A stretch of 64,000 nucleotides of DNA from Candidatus Multivoradales bacterium (GTDB lineage: Bacteria > Acidobacteriota > Thermoanaerobaculia > Multivoradales > JAHEKO01): NCBI GenBank assembly GCA_965223155.1, contig CBDCVR010000013.1:352001-416000 (forward strand), read 5' to 3'. A program made the translations under genes and the position numbers. Below are positions 1 to 10,618 of this stretch, in pieces. The notes beneath the pieces are model-generated. The model searched no databases. It was not told where the DNA came from and worked only from the letters and a program-made list of their open reading frames with translations. Numbering within the stretch: the first letter of the stretch is position 1; each line of letters begins with the position of its first letter.

Positions 1-135
1 AGCGACTTACGTTGCAATACCATACACGAAACAGGGCTGGATGTCAAGGCCTCTAGGGCGGCATGTGAGCGCAACTCCAGCGCAATCGACCCCTGATTGG
101 GACAAAACGGCCAGGTTGTTACCGATCGCCACATA

Positions 136-165
136 TTGACAGCTTCTCCAAGCCGCACATACCAT
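136..165 (+). promoter_or_regulatory. Putative sigma70 promoter of tRNA-Leu
   Basis: TTGACA (136-141), 18 bp spacer, TACCAT (160-165), ending 19 nt before the tRNA. Confidence 0.6.
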
Positions 166-183
166 CGCTCCCCGCTCGCACCG

Positions 184-269
184 GCCGGAGTGGCGGAATG
201 GCAGACGCGACGGACTCAAAATCCGTTGTCCGCAAGGGCGTGGGGGTTCGAGTCCCCCCTCCGGCACCA
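184..269 (+). tRNA. tRNA-Leu (anticodon CAA)
   Basis: GCCGGAG acceptor stem pairs with CTCCGGC; D-loop GGAATGGCAGAC; anticodon loop CT-CAA-AA; long variable arm; GGTTCGAGTCC T-arm; encoded CCA. Confidence 0.97.
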
Positions 270-279
270 GAGAGCTCCT

Positions 280-481
280 TCAGGCGACGGTCGAACGGCC
301 TGCCTCGTGTTCCCAAAGAGCCTTCTTCCCTAGGCTGTCCAAGCGGCCCGCCTTGACGTCCTCTTCAAACTCCTCATCCCAAACCTTGGCTTCGAACTCG
401 GCGAACCACTCGCGAAAAGCGGGCTAGGTCGTCCCTGGGAAGCTCGGCGACGGCGTTTTCGTCTTCTTCGATCCTTGATGG
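280..481 (-). pseudogene. Frameshifted small antitoxin-like gene remnant
   Basis: Reads SRIEEDENAVAELPRDDLARF, then after one extra base in the A4 run at 415-418 continues REWFAEFEAKVWDEEFEEDVKAGRLDSLGKKALWEHEAGRSTVA*. No start codon. Resembles ~65 aa proteins (WF..F....WD....D..AG.LD) that I recall paired with RelE/ParE-like toxins. Confidence 0.6.
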
Positions 482-690
482 AATCCCCTGGCACCTCGCC
501 TCTGGGCATGGTGACCCGCGGTTCGAAAGCCTGTGTCGGAGTGACAGGCATGGTGGCTAGCGTGCCGTGGGAGGTCGAAGTGTGACGTGGACGCGATCGG
601 TCTCCGGGCTGCCTGTCCGGCGTCCGACGCGCCCCTGTGCCAAGCAGAGCGGAGAGACACGCCGCACTCGATCAAGGCGCCCCAGGGTGC

Positions 691-1566
691 CTATGCGCTA
701 GCTGGTTGTATCTCGTCGGGATCCAACTCGTCGTCAGCATCGTCTTCGCCGTAGCCAACTTTCCAGGCAGTCATCGCCGCCAGTCCGAACCACAGGAGAT
801 CCCAGAGCGTCAGGGTAGTGGCGGTAAGTGGCAGGAGCTGTGGCTGTGCTCCGCCAGTCGCCAACACAGGTGCGACTCGGTTCTCCTCGAAGGCGTACTG
901 CTCTTCCGAGGACAGCTCTCGCCACTGTTCCGTTGCTTCCTGCCAGAGAGCCTCGGGATAGTCGTCCCGGTTCATCGGAACCTCCTTGCGGTTCTCCGGC
1001 CAATCGAGCTCGTGGCCTAGTGTTTCGTACTTCTGGACCAAGTCGTCGGCCAAGAAGGAGATGACCCACTCCCGATCGAGCAGGCTCGCGTGCCCTTGGT
1101 CTTGCTTGTATCGCTCCTGGTCGGCTAACGGGATGGCAGCCCAACGGCGCTCTGCCTCTCCCCAAATCTCCGGCGGATAGTCGCTCTCCGCGGCTGCAAT
1201 TTCCGGAGTGATGCCCTCCGGCCAAGTCAACTCGCTTCCCTCTCGCTCGGCCTCTCGAACCAGTGAATCAGCCAAGTACACCAGTGGCCAATCTGGACTC
1301 TCGCGGCTGCCCTGGTCGAGCAGCGCAGCAACGGTTCCCACCTTGCCGACCCCAACGCAAAGCAGAGCCGCCAGAACGGCTATCACCGCTGGCCCAGGCC
1401 CCGCGGCATGCCGGTCTAGGATCCGGGCGCCGTATCCTGCCAGCAATCCAATGGCCCAAGCGACGATTCCGAGCTCGTATTCCGCGAAGTAGGCGACGGC
1501 CACCCAAACGGCCGCCCCGAGGATTCCACCCAGAAACGCGCCTACAAACCAACGTCCTACCTTCAT
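691..1566 (-). CDS. Hypothetical membrane protein with a duplicated soluble domain
   Basis: ATG with GGAG RBS; three N-terminal hydrophobic helices and one C-terminal helix; two copies of LAD.LV...G.EL.WPE...DYP...W.EA...W. Confidence 0.8.
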   Translation of the reverse strand: MKVGRWFVGAFLGGILGAAVWVAVAYFAEYELGIVAWAIGLLAGYGARILDRHAAGPGPAVIAVLAALLCVGVGKVGTVAALLDQGSRESPDWPLVYLADSLVREAEREGSELTWPEGITPEIAAAESDYPPEIWGEAERRWAAIPLADQERYKQDQGHASLLDREWVISFLADDLVQKYETLGHELDWPENRKEVPMNRDDYPEALWQEATEQWRELSSEEQYAFEENRVAPVLATGGAQPQLLPLTATTLTLWDLLWFGLAAMTAWKVGYGEDDADDELDPDEIQPASA

Positions 1567-1643
1567 GGCGATTCTCCTTTGGTGCCTGGCCTGAGCGCTC
1601 GGCTCTTACTGCCTCCGGACCACTTCCGATCTTGTGCGGGCTA

Positions 1644-2458
1644 GGGCCTGTTAACACTTAAGGGTTAGGATCGTATAAGCTCCGTGCATGGAAATCACGG
1701 AGAAACAGTACGAGCGCATTGCAGATTGCTTTCCAGTGCAGCGAGGCAACGTCAGCGTGCCGAATGTTCAAGTGCTGAACGCAATTCTCTACGTTGCCGA
1801 ACACGGCTGCAAGTGGCGCGGGCTCCCGAAACGATTCGGGAATTGGCACACGATCTACACTCGCATGAACCGTTGGTCCAAGAACGGCGTGTTGGATCGG
1901 GTGTTCGCGCGGCTCCAAGAGGAGCAGATCGTGCGAGTCAAGATCGAGGCCGTGTCACTTGACAGCACGATCGTGCGGGTTCACCCCGACGGTACGGGAG
2001 CATTAAAAAAAACGGCCCCCAGGCCATTGGAAAGTCCCGCGGTGGATGGACCACCAAGATTCATATGGTTGCCGCAGATGCTCGAACAGCCATCACCTTC
2101 TGCCTCTCGCCCGGCCAAGCGCACGATGCGCCCGTCGGCCGATGCTTGCTGAAAGACCTGGGCCGACCGAAGCAACCGATCGCGCTTGTCATGGACCGAG
2201 CCTACGAAGGCAACGAAACCCGACAACTCGCTCTGAATCTCGGCTATACCCCTGTCGTGCCACCCTTGAGCACTCGCCTTCGGCCCTGGGCCTACGACCG
2301 GCTCCTCTACAAACGTCGCAACGAGATCGAACGGCTCTTTCGCCGGCTCAAAGGCTACCGGCGCATCTTTTCCAGATTCGAGAAGCTCGACGTCATGTAC
2401 ATCGCCTTCATCCATTTCGCCCTCATCGCTGATGCACTGCGACAGTGTTAACACGCCC
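1644..2458 (+). mobile_element. IS5-family insertion sequence (IS427-like group)
   Basis: Terminal IRs GGGCCTGTTAACACT / AGTGTTAACACGCCC (14/15 match), each within CTAG (TA or CTAG target duplication); encloses a two-ORF transposase. Confidence 0.93.
1688..2451 (+). CDS. IS5-family DDE transposase, orfA 1688-2152 plus orfB to 2451 joined by a -1 frameshift (~254 aa fusion)
   Basis: GCKWRGLPKRFGNWHTIYTRMNRW, LDSTIVRVH, then in the -1 frame IGKSRGGWTTKIH...MDRAY...YKRRNEIERLFRRLK; A8 slippery run at 2005-2012. Confidence 0.92.
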
Positions 2459-2598
2459 TAGTCTATCTCCCAAAACAGTCGTTTGGTCTGTGACGAACTC
2501 AAGGGCTGTCGGACACGACCAGCAGCTTGGGAGGAGCACGATCGACCGAGACGCTCTGGCCAGGCCGATATACTGCTTTTGGCTAGCGGCGAGTGGAC

Positions 2599-3222
2599 AT
2601 GGCGGAAGAGCCCCAGAGCAAGGTCAAGGGTTTCCTGAGCAAGCTGGTCGTGCCCCTGGCGACCGCGCTGTTGCTCGGCGGCACCGCTCCTTGGTGGTAC
2701 CAGGAGTTCTTCAAGAAGGCTGAGCCCCAGCCCGTGACTCAGGCTGTCAAGAAGGATGAGCCGGAGCCCAAGGTTCAGCCCGAGACCCAGCCTGAGACCC
2801 AGCCCAAGACTCAGCCTGAGACTCAGTCTGAGTCCGAGGACGAGACGGTGCCCCTGGAGCCTCGGCCGCGAGATGGGATGCGCTCCAGCTTTGAAGCGAT
2901 CCCGCTTCGGCAAATTGCTCCGGACGGCTCTGTCCTCATCGGCTCGGATCCGCGAGCCGTTGCTTTCGATGCCTTTGGCATCCAGCATCTGGAAGAGGGC
3001 GGCTCGCCTTCGTCGGAACCGGAAATCGAGCACTACGACGGCTACGCGGTTGTCAGCCTCGTGAGCAGTACCGGTGGGGATGACTCCGTCCGGGGCAGCC
3101 GCTACCGCCTCGAGTTCGAGCCGATCGACGACCGGCGGTGGCAGCTCGTCTGGGCCGGCCAGCAGTGGCAGTGCTACCGGGGGGATGACGCCGGCCAGTG
3201 GACGACGAAGCTCTGCATCTAA
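2599..3222 (+). CDS. Hypothetical membrane-anchored/exported protein with QPET linker
   Basis: N-terminal hydrophobic segment, Pro/Glu/Gln linker, C-terminal DDSVRGSRYRLEF...WAGQQWQC...W...LC domain. Confidence 0.75.
   Translation: MAEEPQSKVKGFLSKLVVPLATALLLGGTAPWWYQEFFKKAEPQPVTQAVKKDEPEPKVQPETQPETQPKTQPETQSESEDETVPLEPRPRDGMRSSFEAIPLRQIAPDGSVLIGSDPRAVAFDAFGIQHLEEGGSPSSEPEIEHYDGYAVVSLVSSTGGDDSVRGSRYRLEFEPIDDRRWQLVWAGQQWQCYRGDDAGQWTTKLCI
2776..2835 (+). repeat. 12-bp tandem repeat x5 encoding (QPET)n
   Basis: cagcccgagacc cagcctgagacc cagcccaagact cagcctgagact cagtctgagtcc. Confidence 0.9.
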
Positions 3223-3296
3223 GGGCTCAAGAGAGCCGGCCAGCCCGGCCGGCACGCGCTTCGAAACCCGCTCCCAATCGGCGCTAGAATGGCGCC

Positions 3297-3761
3297 ATGT
3301 TCACTCGCCGCCCGCAGACCGATGGCCAGAAGATGGAACGGATCAACGATCTCTACTCGCGCTCGAAGAGCGGGCACTTCCCCAACGTCGAGGACGTAAC
3401 GATGGAGGGCCTCGCGGCGTTGCGGGAAGCCGAGGAGGTGGTTCTGGTGGACGTCCGCAATCCTCCGGAGCAAGAGGTGTCGATGATCCCGGGCGCCATC
3501 ACCGCGGCCGAGCTCGAGGCCGACCCGGAACCGTACAGCGGCAAGACCTTCGTCACCTACTGCACGGTCGGGCATCGGAGCGGCCTCTACGCCCAGAAAC
3601 TCGCGGCGGAGGGCCACCGGGCCGTCAATCTCGCCGGGGCCATCCTGGCTTGGACTCACGCCGGAGGCGAGCTGATCGACGGCAACGGTCCCACCCAGCG
3701 AGTCCACGTCGGCGGGCCCAAGTGGAGCCTCGAGGCCGACGGCTACGAACCCGTCTGGTAG
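3297..3761 (+). CDS. Rhodanese-like domain protein
   Basis: LVDVR...E..VSMIPGA, YCTVGHRS active-site loop, NLAGAILAW. Confidence 0.9.
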   Translation: MFTRRPQTDGQKMERINDLYSRSKSGHFPNVEDVTMEGLAALREAEEVVLVDVRNPPEQEVSMIPGAITAAELEADPEPYSGKTFVTYCTVGHRSGLYAQKLAAEGHRAVNLAGAILAWTHAGGELIDGNGPTQRVHVGGPKWSLEADGYEPVW

Positions 3762-3774
3762 GCGCGGCGTTTCG

Positions 3775-4218
3775 ATGGGCCGCGTCCTCCTGGTTTTCGC
3801 TCTCGGCCTGGGCGCCTATCTGGCCTGGACCGAGGTCGTAGCACCTCGGGTAGCAGCTCGCGGCGAGGAGCATCAGTCCGACGAGGCCTCGCTGGCTTGT
3901 GTCGAAGCTGCCGAGGGCGTCGATGTGCTGTTTGACGCGGAGTCAGCGGCTCTGGTCGCCAACTCGAAGGCCTTGGAACAGGGCGCCTGGGCAGAGAGCC
4001 TGGTGCGGCTTAGCTCGGCCCTGGCTCACGCCGACAGCGCCTGCCGGTGTCCGACCGAGGCCTGCGCCAGCGCAACCGGAGCTCTCTACGAGTTGAGGCG
4101 GCTGCTCGGGCAGATGGATCGAACCGCCCGCGGACACTACCTGGCGCTCTCCGGCGCCGAGGGTCGGCGCCAACTCGTGCGGCGGCTCTTGAAGGAGGCC
4201 CGGGCCGGCTTGGATTAG
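3775..4218 (+). CDS. Hypothetical exported helical protein
   Basis: N-terminal signal/TM segment, Cys residues (C.C....C), follows the rhodanese gene by 13 bp. Confidence 0.6.
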   Translation: MGRVLLVFALGLGAYLAWTEVVAPRVAARGEEHQSDEASLACVEAAEGVDVLFDAESAALVANSKALEQGAWAESLVRLSSALAHADSACRCPTEACASATGALYELRRLLGQMDRTARGHYLALSGAEGRRQLVRRLLKEARAGLD

Positions 4219-4375
4219 GGCGCTCTCGAACCGTCGGCTTTCGAATCGGACAGAGCTCGGACCGTCGGCAACTTCCCAGCAACCGGCCGCTCCTTCATGG
4301 GTCGGCTCCACGGACTGACGAGCGCCGGCTCGACGCCCACCTACCCCACCTCCTGGGGAACGATGCTCTCGCGCC

Positions 4376-4690
4376 TTAGAGGACGCCGCCGAGCGATCCG
4401 GTCAGGACCGTGCGGCAGCCCGAGCAGATCAAAAGCTGGCCGCGGCGCGGCAGCACCGAGACGAAATTGACTCGGCTGCGGAGCGCCCGGACCACCTGCA
4501 CGCGCTCGACATCGCGCTTGCATCCCGGGCAGCGGACGGCGGCCTCGAGGGTGTATTCGGCTTCGATACCGGAATCGGTGGTTCCTGCTTCGTTGTCGTA
4601 GGTCACCGGTACCGGGCCAGTGCCCCTCGGTTCGACTGCTTGGACGTCTTCGGGTTGTGCCGGGGTTTGTGATGGATCCTGGAGAGCCAT
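4376..4690 (-). CDS. Small hypothetical zinc-ribbon protein
   Basis: AAGGAG RBS; CPGC...CSGC pairs. Confidence 0.7.
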   Translation of the reverse strand: MALQDPSQTPAQPEDVQAVEPRGTGPVPVTYDNEAGTTDSGIEAEYTLEAAVRCPGCKRDVERVQVVRALRSRVNFVSVLPRRGQLLICSGCRTVLTGSLGGVL

Positions 4691-4949
4691 GAGCGGGAGC
4701 TCCTTATTCGAGTCTTGGGGGCCGCGGGAGGGTCGGAATGCGGCCCGGAACGTTCGCTCTCAGCGAGAGCAGATACCGTGCCACCCGAGGAAGCTCCGCA
4801 CCCAGATGGAATTCCAAGGGCGCGCACCCTCGCGGGCGCCCGGGATGGTCAAAAAGTGGCGTTTTGGTTGACGGAAACCGACGAGCGGAAGGGGTTGTGG
4901 CGGCCGTGCCTACTGGCTCTCCCTCGGCAGTCCGCCGCTCCCGGAACGC

Positions 4950-7172
4950 CTAGGGAACGGAAGCCTGGTCCGCCGCAGGTGCGGCGAAGACGCGGAGCTC
5001 ATGGAGCCGGGCCGGCGGCGCCAGGAAGACGCGAAAGAGGTACTTCTCGTCGGCTGGAAGCTCGAAGGCGATCGGCTCCAGAACATCGAACGTGCCGACC
5101 TCCCGATTCCGGCGGTCCACTACGTGGAGGTACCCCTCGTTCGGCATCGGATCCATCACGAGTTTCGCCCGATGGCTGCCGGCCCGGAAGGAATCCTTGA
5201 ACACCGCGTACTGCCAGCGGTACGTGAATTGGAGCGGCGTGCCGGGACCGTCCCGCAGGAGCTCCGGGCTCGAGACAAAGGTCGCCGCCGCCGGGGCGAA
5301 GCGGCGCTGCCGGCGAAAGCGCGGCGGCTCCGTGCCGAGTGCGTGCACGGTCAGCAGCGGGCCCGCCCGGAGGAGGCTCGGCGTGAAGCGGGCGACTTCC
5401 TCGAACTCGAACATGCGCCGGTAGCGGCGCTGGTACTCGAGCTCGTGCTCGGCCGCCCCGTCGCCCAGCTCGACGAAGCGCAAGTACGCTGGTCGCGCCA
5501 GCAGGAGGTAGTCATACCGTGGCTCCAGCATCTCCTCCGGATCCTGCCAGGCGGCGAAACGGTGGCTGATAAAGGCGTACTTCTTGGGATCCAGCTTCGA
5601 GGTGTAGCGCTCTCGAATGAGGGTGGCGCCCTCGGGAACGTTCTCCTCGATCCAGGCGCGCGCGAGTTGGCGGGTTCCGGGCCGGCTCCGGGAGATGTCC
5701 CAGCCGACGGTGCGGACCACGGGCATCGCTAGAACCACGCCGCCGAGCGCTAGCCAGACGAGCGTGCCACGGGCAGTTCGGCTCGCGGCGGCCGGCTCCT
5801 TTCCCACCCCGCCCCGCGAGCCGAGACGGGTTGCCAGGGCGGCAACCGCGCTTGCGCCCAGCAAGGCCACCCCGGGCAGCGCGGGTTGCAGGTTCCGGTG
5901 GACCACCATGCTCATCGAGGCGATGAGCGCCAGGTAGCCGAGCGGAAACGCCGCCAGCACCATCCAGCGCCGGCGTTCGGGCTTCGTAAGGCAGAACACC
6001 CCCGCGACCGCCGCCGCCAGGGCCGGCCACCCGAGATCGATCGCCACCTCACGCGCGTACCAAGCGGGGATGCTCTCCGGCTGCACCCCGAGCCAGCCGC
6101 CGCGGGCGTACTGCCGGTAGCCGAAGAAGATGTCCAGCCCCTCGCCCGAAAAGGCCGAGCCAGAGCGGAGCACGAGAGCCGGCATCACCGCCAGCATGGC
6201 TCCGATCGAGGCCAGGGCCGCGAGGCCGAGCGACCAGGAAAATCGGCGGGTGCGCAAGCGCCAGAAGAGCCAGACCGCGACGATCGCCAGAGCCGAGACT
6301 CCGCCCGGGTACTTGCTGCCGGCGGCGAGACCGGCCATGACACCCGCTAGGAGGTAGTCCCGCAGGCTCTCGCGCTCCACCAGACGGGCGGCGAAATAGA
6401 GCACGAAGGCGGCAAAGGCCCCTGCGGCCACGTCCGAGATCGCCTGGTGGGCAACGCTGTTGTAGAGGGCCGAAAACACACTCAGGAGCCCGGCGAGGAG
6501 CCCGGCGGCGAGCTTGGTGGCCGCACTCCCGCCGATGCGATAGGCGGCGCCGAACACCGCCCCGGCGGCAAGCGCGGCCAGCAGCGCGTTGACCGACTTG
6601 AGGAGCAGCCGCTGGAGGGCGTAGCCCTCCGGAATCGTGTAGATCGTGCCGTAGAGCTTGGTGAGCCCCTCCGGGAAGAGCTCCCGCAGCCACATGGCGT
6701 AGGCCCCGGCGTAGTACAGGAAGTGCCCGTAGTTGAAGGTCTTGGGCAGAAGCTCGCCCTGATTGATGGCCTCTGAGACCTCGTGGTACACGCCTTCGTC
6801 GCCCACTGGATGGTCCATGAGCTCGAAGTCGAGGCCGGCGAAGCGGATGGCAAGGGCCAGGGCGAGAACCAGCGCGAGCGCCAGGCGCCGCCGGCGCTCC
6901 ACGCCGCCAACTCGCCAGGCTCGTATAAGCCAGAGGACGATGGCGAGGATGACGGCCAGCGCTGTCGCGGCGACGGCGACTCGAGCCAGGGCATGGCTCT
7001 CGAAACGCCCGGCGGCTTCCAGGAGCCAGAGAACGAGGCTCGCTCCGAAGCCGGCCACCGCGACCCACCGCGTGATCCGCTCCAGACGCGTGCGCGCGCG
7101 CACGTCGGCGCCAGGACCGGAGTCGGCACCGGAGTCGGCACCGGAGTCGGAAGGGGCGGCCGTGGGTTCCAT
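4950..7172 (-). CDS. GT-C fold glycosyltransferase (ArnT/PMT, GT39/GT83-like); start uncertain
   Basis: Many TM helices, (G)DE motif in the first loop (HPVGDEGVY), GLAAGSKY motif, soluble C-terminal domain. Confidence 0.85.
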   Translation of the reverse strand: MEPTAAPSDSGADSGADSGPGADVRARTRLERITRWVAVAGFGASLVLWLLEAAGRFESHALARVAVAATALAVILAIVLWLIRAWRVGGVERRRRLALALVLALALAIRFAGLDFELMDHPVGDEGVYHEVSEAINQGELLPKTFNYGHFLYYAGAYAMWLRELFPEGLTKLYGTIYTIPEGYALQRLLLKSVNALLAALAAGAVFGAAYRIGGSAATKLAAGLLAGLLSVFSALYNSVAHQAISDVAAGAFAAFVLYFAARLVERESLRDYLLAGVMAGLAAGSKYPGGVSALAIVAVWLFWRLRTRRFSWSLGLAALASIGAMLAVMPALVLRSGSAFSGEGLDIFFGYRQYARGGWLGVQPESIPAWYAREVAIDLGWPALAAAVAGVFCLTKPERRRWMVLAAFPLGYLALIASMSMVVHRNLQPALPGVALLGASAVAALATRLGSRGGVGKEPAAASRTARGTLVWLALGGVVLAMPVVRTVGWDISRSRPGTRQLARAWIEENVPEGATLIRERYTSKLDPKKYAFISHRFAAWQDPEEMLEPRYDYLLLARPAYLRFVELGDGAAEHELEYQRRYRRMFEFEEVARFTPSLLRAGPLLTVHALGTEPPRFRRQRRFAPAAATFVSSPELLRDGPGTPLQFTYRWQYAVFKDSFRAGSHRAKLVMDPMPNEGYLHVVDRRNREVGTFDVLEPIAFELPADEKYLFRVFLAPPARLHELRVFAAPAADQASVP

Positions 7173-7277
7173 GTCGCGGGCGAGTCTAGCCTGCATCGCA
7201 CGTCTCGGTGACGGGTGTTGGGAACAGCGACGAGTTCCTGGAGCGTGCCTCAAGCGACGCGCTATGTCCGCGCGGGA

Positions 7278-8501
7278 CTATTCGTAGCGGAGCGCTTCGA
7301 TCGGGTCCAGCGAGGCCGCCTTCCCCGCCGGGTAGATGCCGAAGAAGACCCCGACCAGGGTCGAGAAGCCGAAGGCCAGGGCCACCGCCCAGAGCGGCAC
7401 GTGCGCCGCCGGCCAGTCCCCGGGCAACATCCCCGCCACCAGGACTCCAATTCCGTAGCCCGCGGCCAGGCCCAAGGCACCGCCGACGAGGGACAAGCTG
7501 ATCGCCTCGATCAAGAACTGCACCAGGATGTCCTGGCGCCGGGCCCCCACGGACTTGCGGATGCCGATCTCGCGCGTGCGCTCGGTGACCGAGACCAGCA
7601 TGATGTTCATGATGCCGATGCCGCCCACCAGGAGGGCCACGCCGACGACCGCGCCCACGACCGCGGTGACGCTGCCCAGAACGCTGTTGACGGTGTCCAG
7701 GATCTCGTCCTGGAGCATGACCTGGAAGTCGTCGGGCTGGCCTTCAGGAATCCGGTGGCGGCGCCGAAGAAGCCGGATGATGCCGTCCTTGACTTGCTCG
7801 ACCACCTCGGCGCTCTCGGCCTGGAGGCGGAGCTGAACCTGGTCGGCCGCGTCGCGTCCGAAGAGCGTCAGAGAGGTCTCGAAAGGCACGAAGACCAGAT
7901 CGTCGATGTCCGTTCCCAAGGACTGGCCGCGCCGCTCCATGACTCCGATCACGGTGGCCGGAACCGAGCCGACATAGATCTCCTTGCCCAGGGGCCGCTC
8001 TCCGAGCCGCAGCTCCTCGACCGTCTTGTACCCGACCACCGCGACTTTGCGGCGGCGCTCCAGATCCAGGCGCGAGAAGAACCGTCCCTGGTCGACCGCG
8101 TGGTTCGAGACCTCGACCCAGTCGTCGGTGACCCCCAGAATCAGGCCTCGGTGGCGCCGGTCGCGGTACTTGAGCTGCTCGTTGCCGACGATGACCGGAG
8201 TGATGAGATCGACCCCCGGAACACTCTCGGCAATCGCCTGCCCATCTTCCCAGGTCAGCTTGACCTGTTTGGTGATGACCCCGGGGCCGCTCTGGCTGGA
8301 CTGGTCCGGCAGGACCATGATGTAGGTCGCGCCCACGCCCTGAAGCTGCTGGGTGAGCATGAACTGCAAACCCTGAACGATCGACACCACCGCGATCACG
8401 GCGGCGACGCCGATGACGATGCCGAGGGTGGTCAGGAGGGAGCGGAGCTTGTTGGCCCAGAGCGCGCGAAAGGCGATGCGGAAGTTCTCGGTCAGGACCA
8501 C
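7278..8501 (-). CDS. MacB/FtsX-like ABC transporter permease
   Basis: [50 protein letters not shown]. Confidence 0.95.
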   Translation of the reverse strand: MVLTENFRIAFRALWANKLRSLLTTLGIVIGVAAVIAVVSIVQGLQFMLTQQLQGVGATYIMVLPDQSSQSGPGVITKQVKLTWEDGQAIAESVPGVDLITPVIVGNEQLKYRDRRHRGLILGVTDDWVEVSNHAVDQGRFFSRLDLERRRKVAVVGYKTVEELRLGERPLGKEIYVGSVPATVIGVMERRGQSLGTDIDDLVFVPFETSLTLFGRDAADQVQLRLQAESAEVVEQVKDGIIRLLRRRHRIPEGQPDDFQVMLQDEILDTVNSVLGSVTAVVGAVVGVALLVGGIGIMNIMLVSVTERTREIGIRKSVGARRQDILVQFLIEAISLSLVGGALGLAAGYGIGVLVAGMLPGDWPAAHVPLWAVALAFGFSTLVGVFFGIYPAGKAASLDPIEALRYE

Positions 8502-9289
8502 TGGGAGTCCTTTCCGGCTGCGGTCTGGGACCCATCGCCCACCGTGGCCTCCGGTCCGGCCGGTGGTGAGGGGGCCGGGTCGTTGCCGTCTCTCGGGGTC
8601 CCGGGACCGGGGATCTGGCGGTCCTCGACCACGAGCCCGTCCCGCAGCACGACCTGGCGCCGGGCGTGCTCGGCGATGTCGGGCTCATGGGTCACCAGGA
8701 TGACCGTATTGCCGGCGGCGTGAAGCTCGTCGAAAAGAGCCATGATCTCGCGCGAGGTGGTGGTATCGAGGTTACCGGTGGGCTCGTCGGCAAGCAGCAG
8801 AGAGGGCCGGTTGACCAAGGCTCGGGCCACGGCGACGCGCTGGCGCTGTCCGCCCGAGAGCTCGCTCGGGTCATGGCCCATGCGATCGCCCAACCCCACC
8901 CTCTCCAGGGCCTCCCGGGCCCGTTCCTGCCGTTCCTTGCGGGCCGCGCCGGCGTAGATCAGAGGCAGCTCGACGTTGTGGAGAGCCGAGGTGCGGGCCA
9001 GGAGGTTGAAGGTCTGGAAGACGAAACCGATCTCCCGATTGCGGATCGCGGCCAGCTCCTCGTCGTTCAGCTCCTCGACCGCGACGCCGTTCAGATGGTA
9101 CGAACCGGCGGTCGGCCGGTCCAGGCAGCCGATGACGTTCATCAAGGTGGACTTGCCGCTGCCGGAAGCGCCCATGATGGCGACGTATTCCCCGTGGTCG
9201 ATGGCCAGCGTCAATCCGGCCAGGGCGTGCACGGTCTCAGCACCCATCTCGTAGACCTTGGTGACCCGATCGAGGTCGATGAGAGGCAT
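8492..9289 (-). CDS. MacB/LolD-type ABC transporter ATP-binding protein
   Basis: [35 protein letters not shown]. Confidence 0.96.
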   Translation of the reverse strand: MPLIDLDRVTKVYEMGAETVHALAGLTLAIDHGEYVAIMGASGSGKSTLMNVIGCLDRPTAGSYHLNGVAVEELNDEELAAIRNREIGFVFQTFNLLARTSALHNVELPLIYAGAARKERQERAREALERVGLGDRMGHDPSELSGGQRQRVAVARALVNRPSLLLADEPTGNLDTTTSREIMALFDELHAAGNTVILVTHEPDIAEHARRQVVLRDGLVVEDRQIPGPGTPRDGNDPAPSPPAGPEATVGDGSQTAAGKDSQWS

Positions 9290-9376
9290 CGGATGGTCTC
9301 GGGGTGGACGCGGCGCGGGAGGCGGTCGGTGACGATCGAAGTCGCTCCGGGCCGGTCCTGAGCCGGGCGCGAACGC

Positions 9377-10600
9377 CTAGCTGTCGTCTCCCTCGTCGTC
9401 GTCGCCCTCGCGGCGGAGGCGCACGTCGCCGTCGTGTTCGAGCTCCTTGAGCGAGCGGTAGGGCCCTGTGACGACGGTCTCGCCCTCGGACAGGCCCGAG
9501 GCGATCTCGACGTGGGTCGGGTCGGTCAAGCCGGTCGTGACCGCTCGCTGGTGCGCTTGCTCGTCCTCGACGACGAACACGACTTCGATCTCCTCGGCGT
9601 CCGGGTCGGGCCCGCCGTCCTCGCCCTCGCCGAGCGGCGGCCGGTCCACGACCGCCTGGACGGGAATCACCACGACGTCCGATCGTTCGGCCGTGCGGAT
9701 CTCGGCCCGCACCGACATGCCCGGACGCAGGTCGTCGTCTGGTTCGTCGAGTAGCACCTTGACCTTGAAGAAGGTCACGTCGGGCTTGCCGGGTTGCTCG
9801 AAGCCCGAGCTGCCGATCTCGACGACTCGACCGGCGTAGCTGCGCTCGGCCAACGCGTCCACCTTGAGCTCCGCTTCTTGCTCCAACTCCAAATACGCCA
9901 CCTCGGTCTCGTCGACGTCCACCTCGGCCAGGATCTCCGAAAGATCGGCGATGACGCCGATCACGGAGGCGGGATTGTTCATGGTGCCGGAGACCACGAC
10001 CTCGCCTTGTTCGGCGTTGAGCTCGATCACGCGTCCGGTGAGCGGCGCGAAGATCGTCGTCTTCTGGAGGTCGTCGCGCGCCTTGACCAGGGCGGCGCGG
10101 GCCTGGAGTACCGACTCGCGCGCCTGCTCGAGAGCCAGCTCGGTCGAGGTGTGCTGGAGCTCGACTTGCTCGAGCTGCTCGGCCGAAGCGATCTTCTCCG
10201 AGGCGAGCCGGCGCATGCGCTCCAGCTTGAGGCCCGAGTCGCGCAGGTTGATCTCGGCCTGGCGCATGCGGGACTGGGCGATCGCGAGCTGGGCAGCGGC
10301 CTGGTCGCGGGCGGCCACGAAGGCCTCCTTCTCGAGCTCCAGAAAGGGCTCGCCGGCCGCGATCTCATCACCCTCTTCGACATACAGGGTTTCGATCTTG
10401 CCGATGACGTGGGCGGAGATATTGACCTTCACCCGCGGGTCGATGGCACCGCTCGCCTTGACGATCCGCGCGATCGAGCGGCGCTCGGCCTCGACGCCGT
10501 ACACGCGGGTGCCCTTCTTCTTGCCGCCGCCACGCATGCTGAGGAACAGCACTGCCCCGAGAACCGCGGCGATGCCGACGCCGATCAGGATCTTCTTCAT
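9377..10600 (-). CDS. Efflux periplasmic adaptor subunit (MacA/HlyD-like)
   Basis: N-terminal TM, lipoyl halves flanking a coiled coil, LRPGMS motif. Confidence 0.93.
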   Translation of the reverse strand: MKKILIGVGIAAVLGAVLFLSMRGGGKKKGTRVYGVEAERRSIARIVKASGAIDPRVKVNISAHVIGKIETLYVEEGDEIAAGEPFLELEKEAFVAARDQAAAQLAIAQSRMRQAEINLRDSGLKLERMRRLASEKIASAEQLEQVELQHTSTELALEQARESVLQARAALVKARDDLQKTTIFAPLTGRVIELNAEQGEVVVSGTMNNPASVIGVIADLSEILAEVDVDETEVAYLELEQEAELKVDALAERSYAGRVVEIGSSGFEQPGKPDVTFFKVKVLLDEPDDDLRPGMSVRAEIRTAERSDVVVIPVQAVVDRPPLGEGEDGGPDPDAEEIEVVFVVEDEQAHQRAVTTGLTDPTHVEIASGLSEGETVVTGPYRSLKELEHDGDVRLRREGDDDEGDDS

Positions 10601-10618
10601 TGCCCGGCTCGCTCGACC

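Noticed and set aside
2776-2835. Tandem 12-bp repeats as a CRISPR or regulatory array
   Set aside because: No spacers; in frame within a CDS and encodes a QPET linker
7117-7150. CCGGAGTCGGCA x3 repeat
   Set aside because: Short in-frame repeat encoding a (DSGA)n N-terminal tail of the glycosyltransferase
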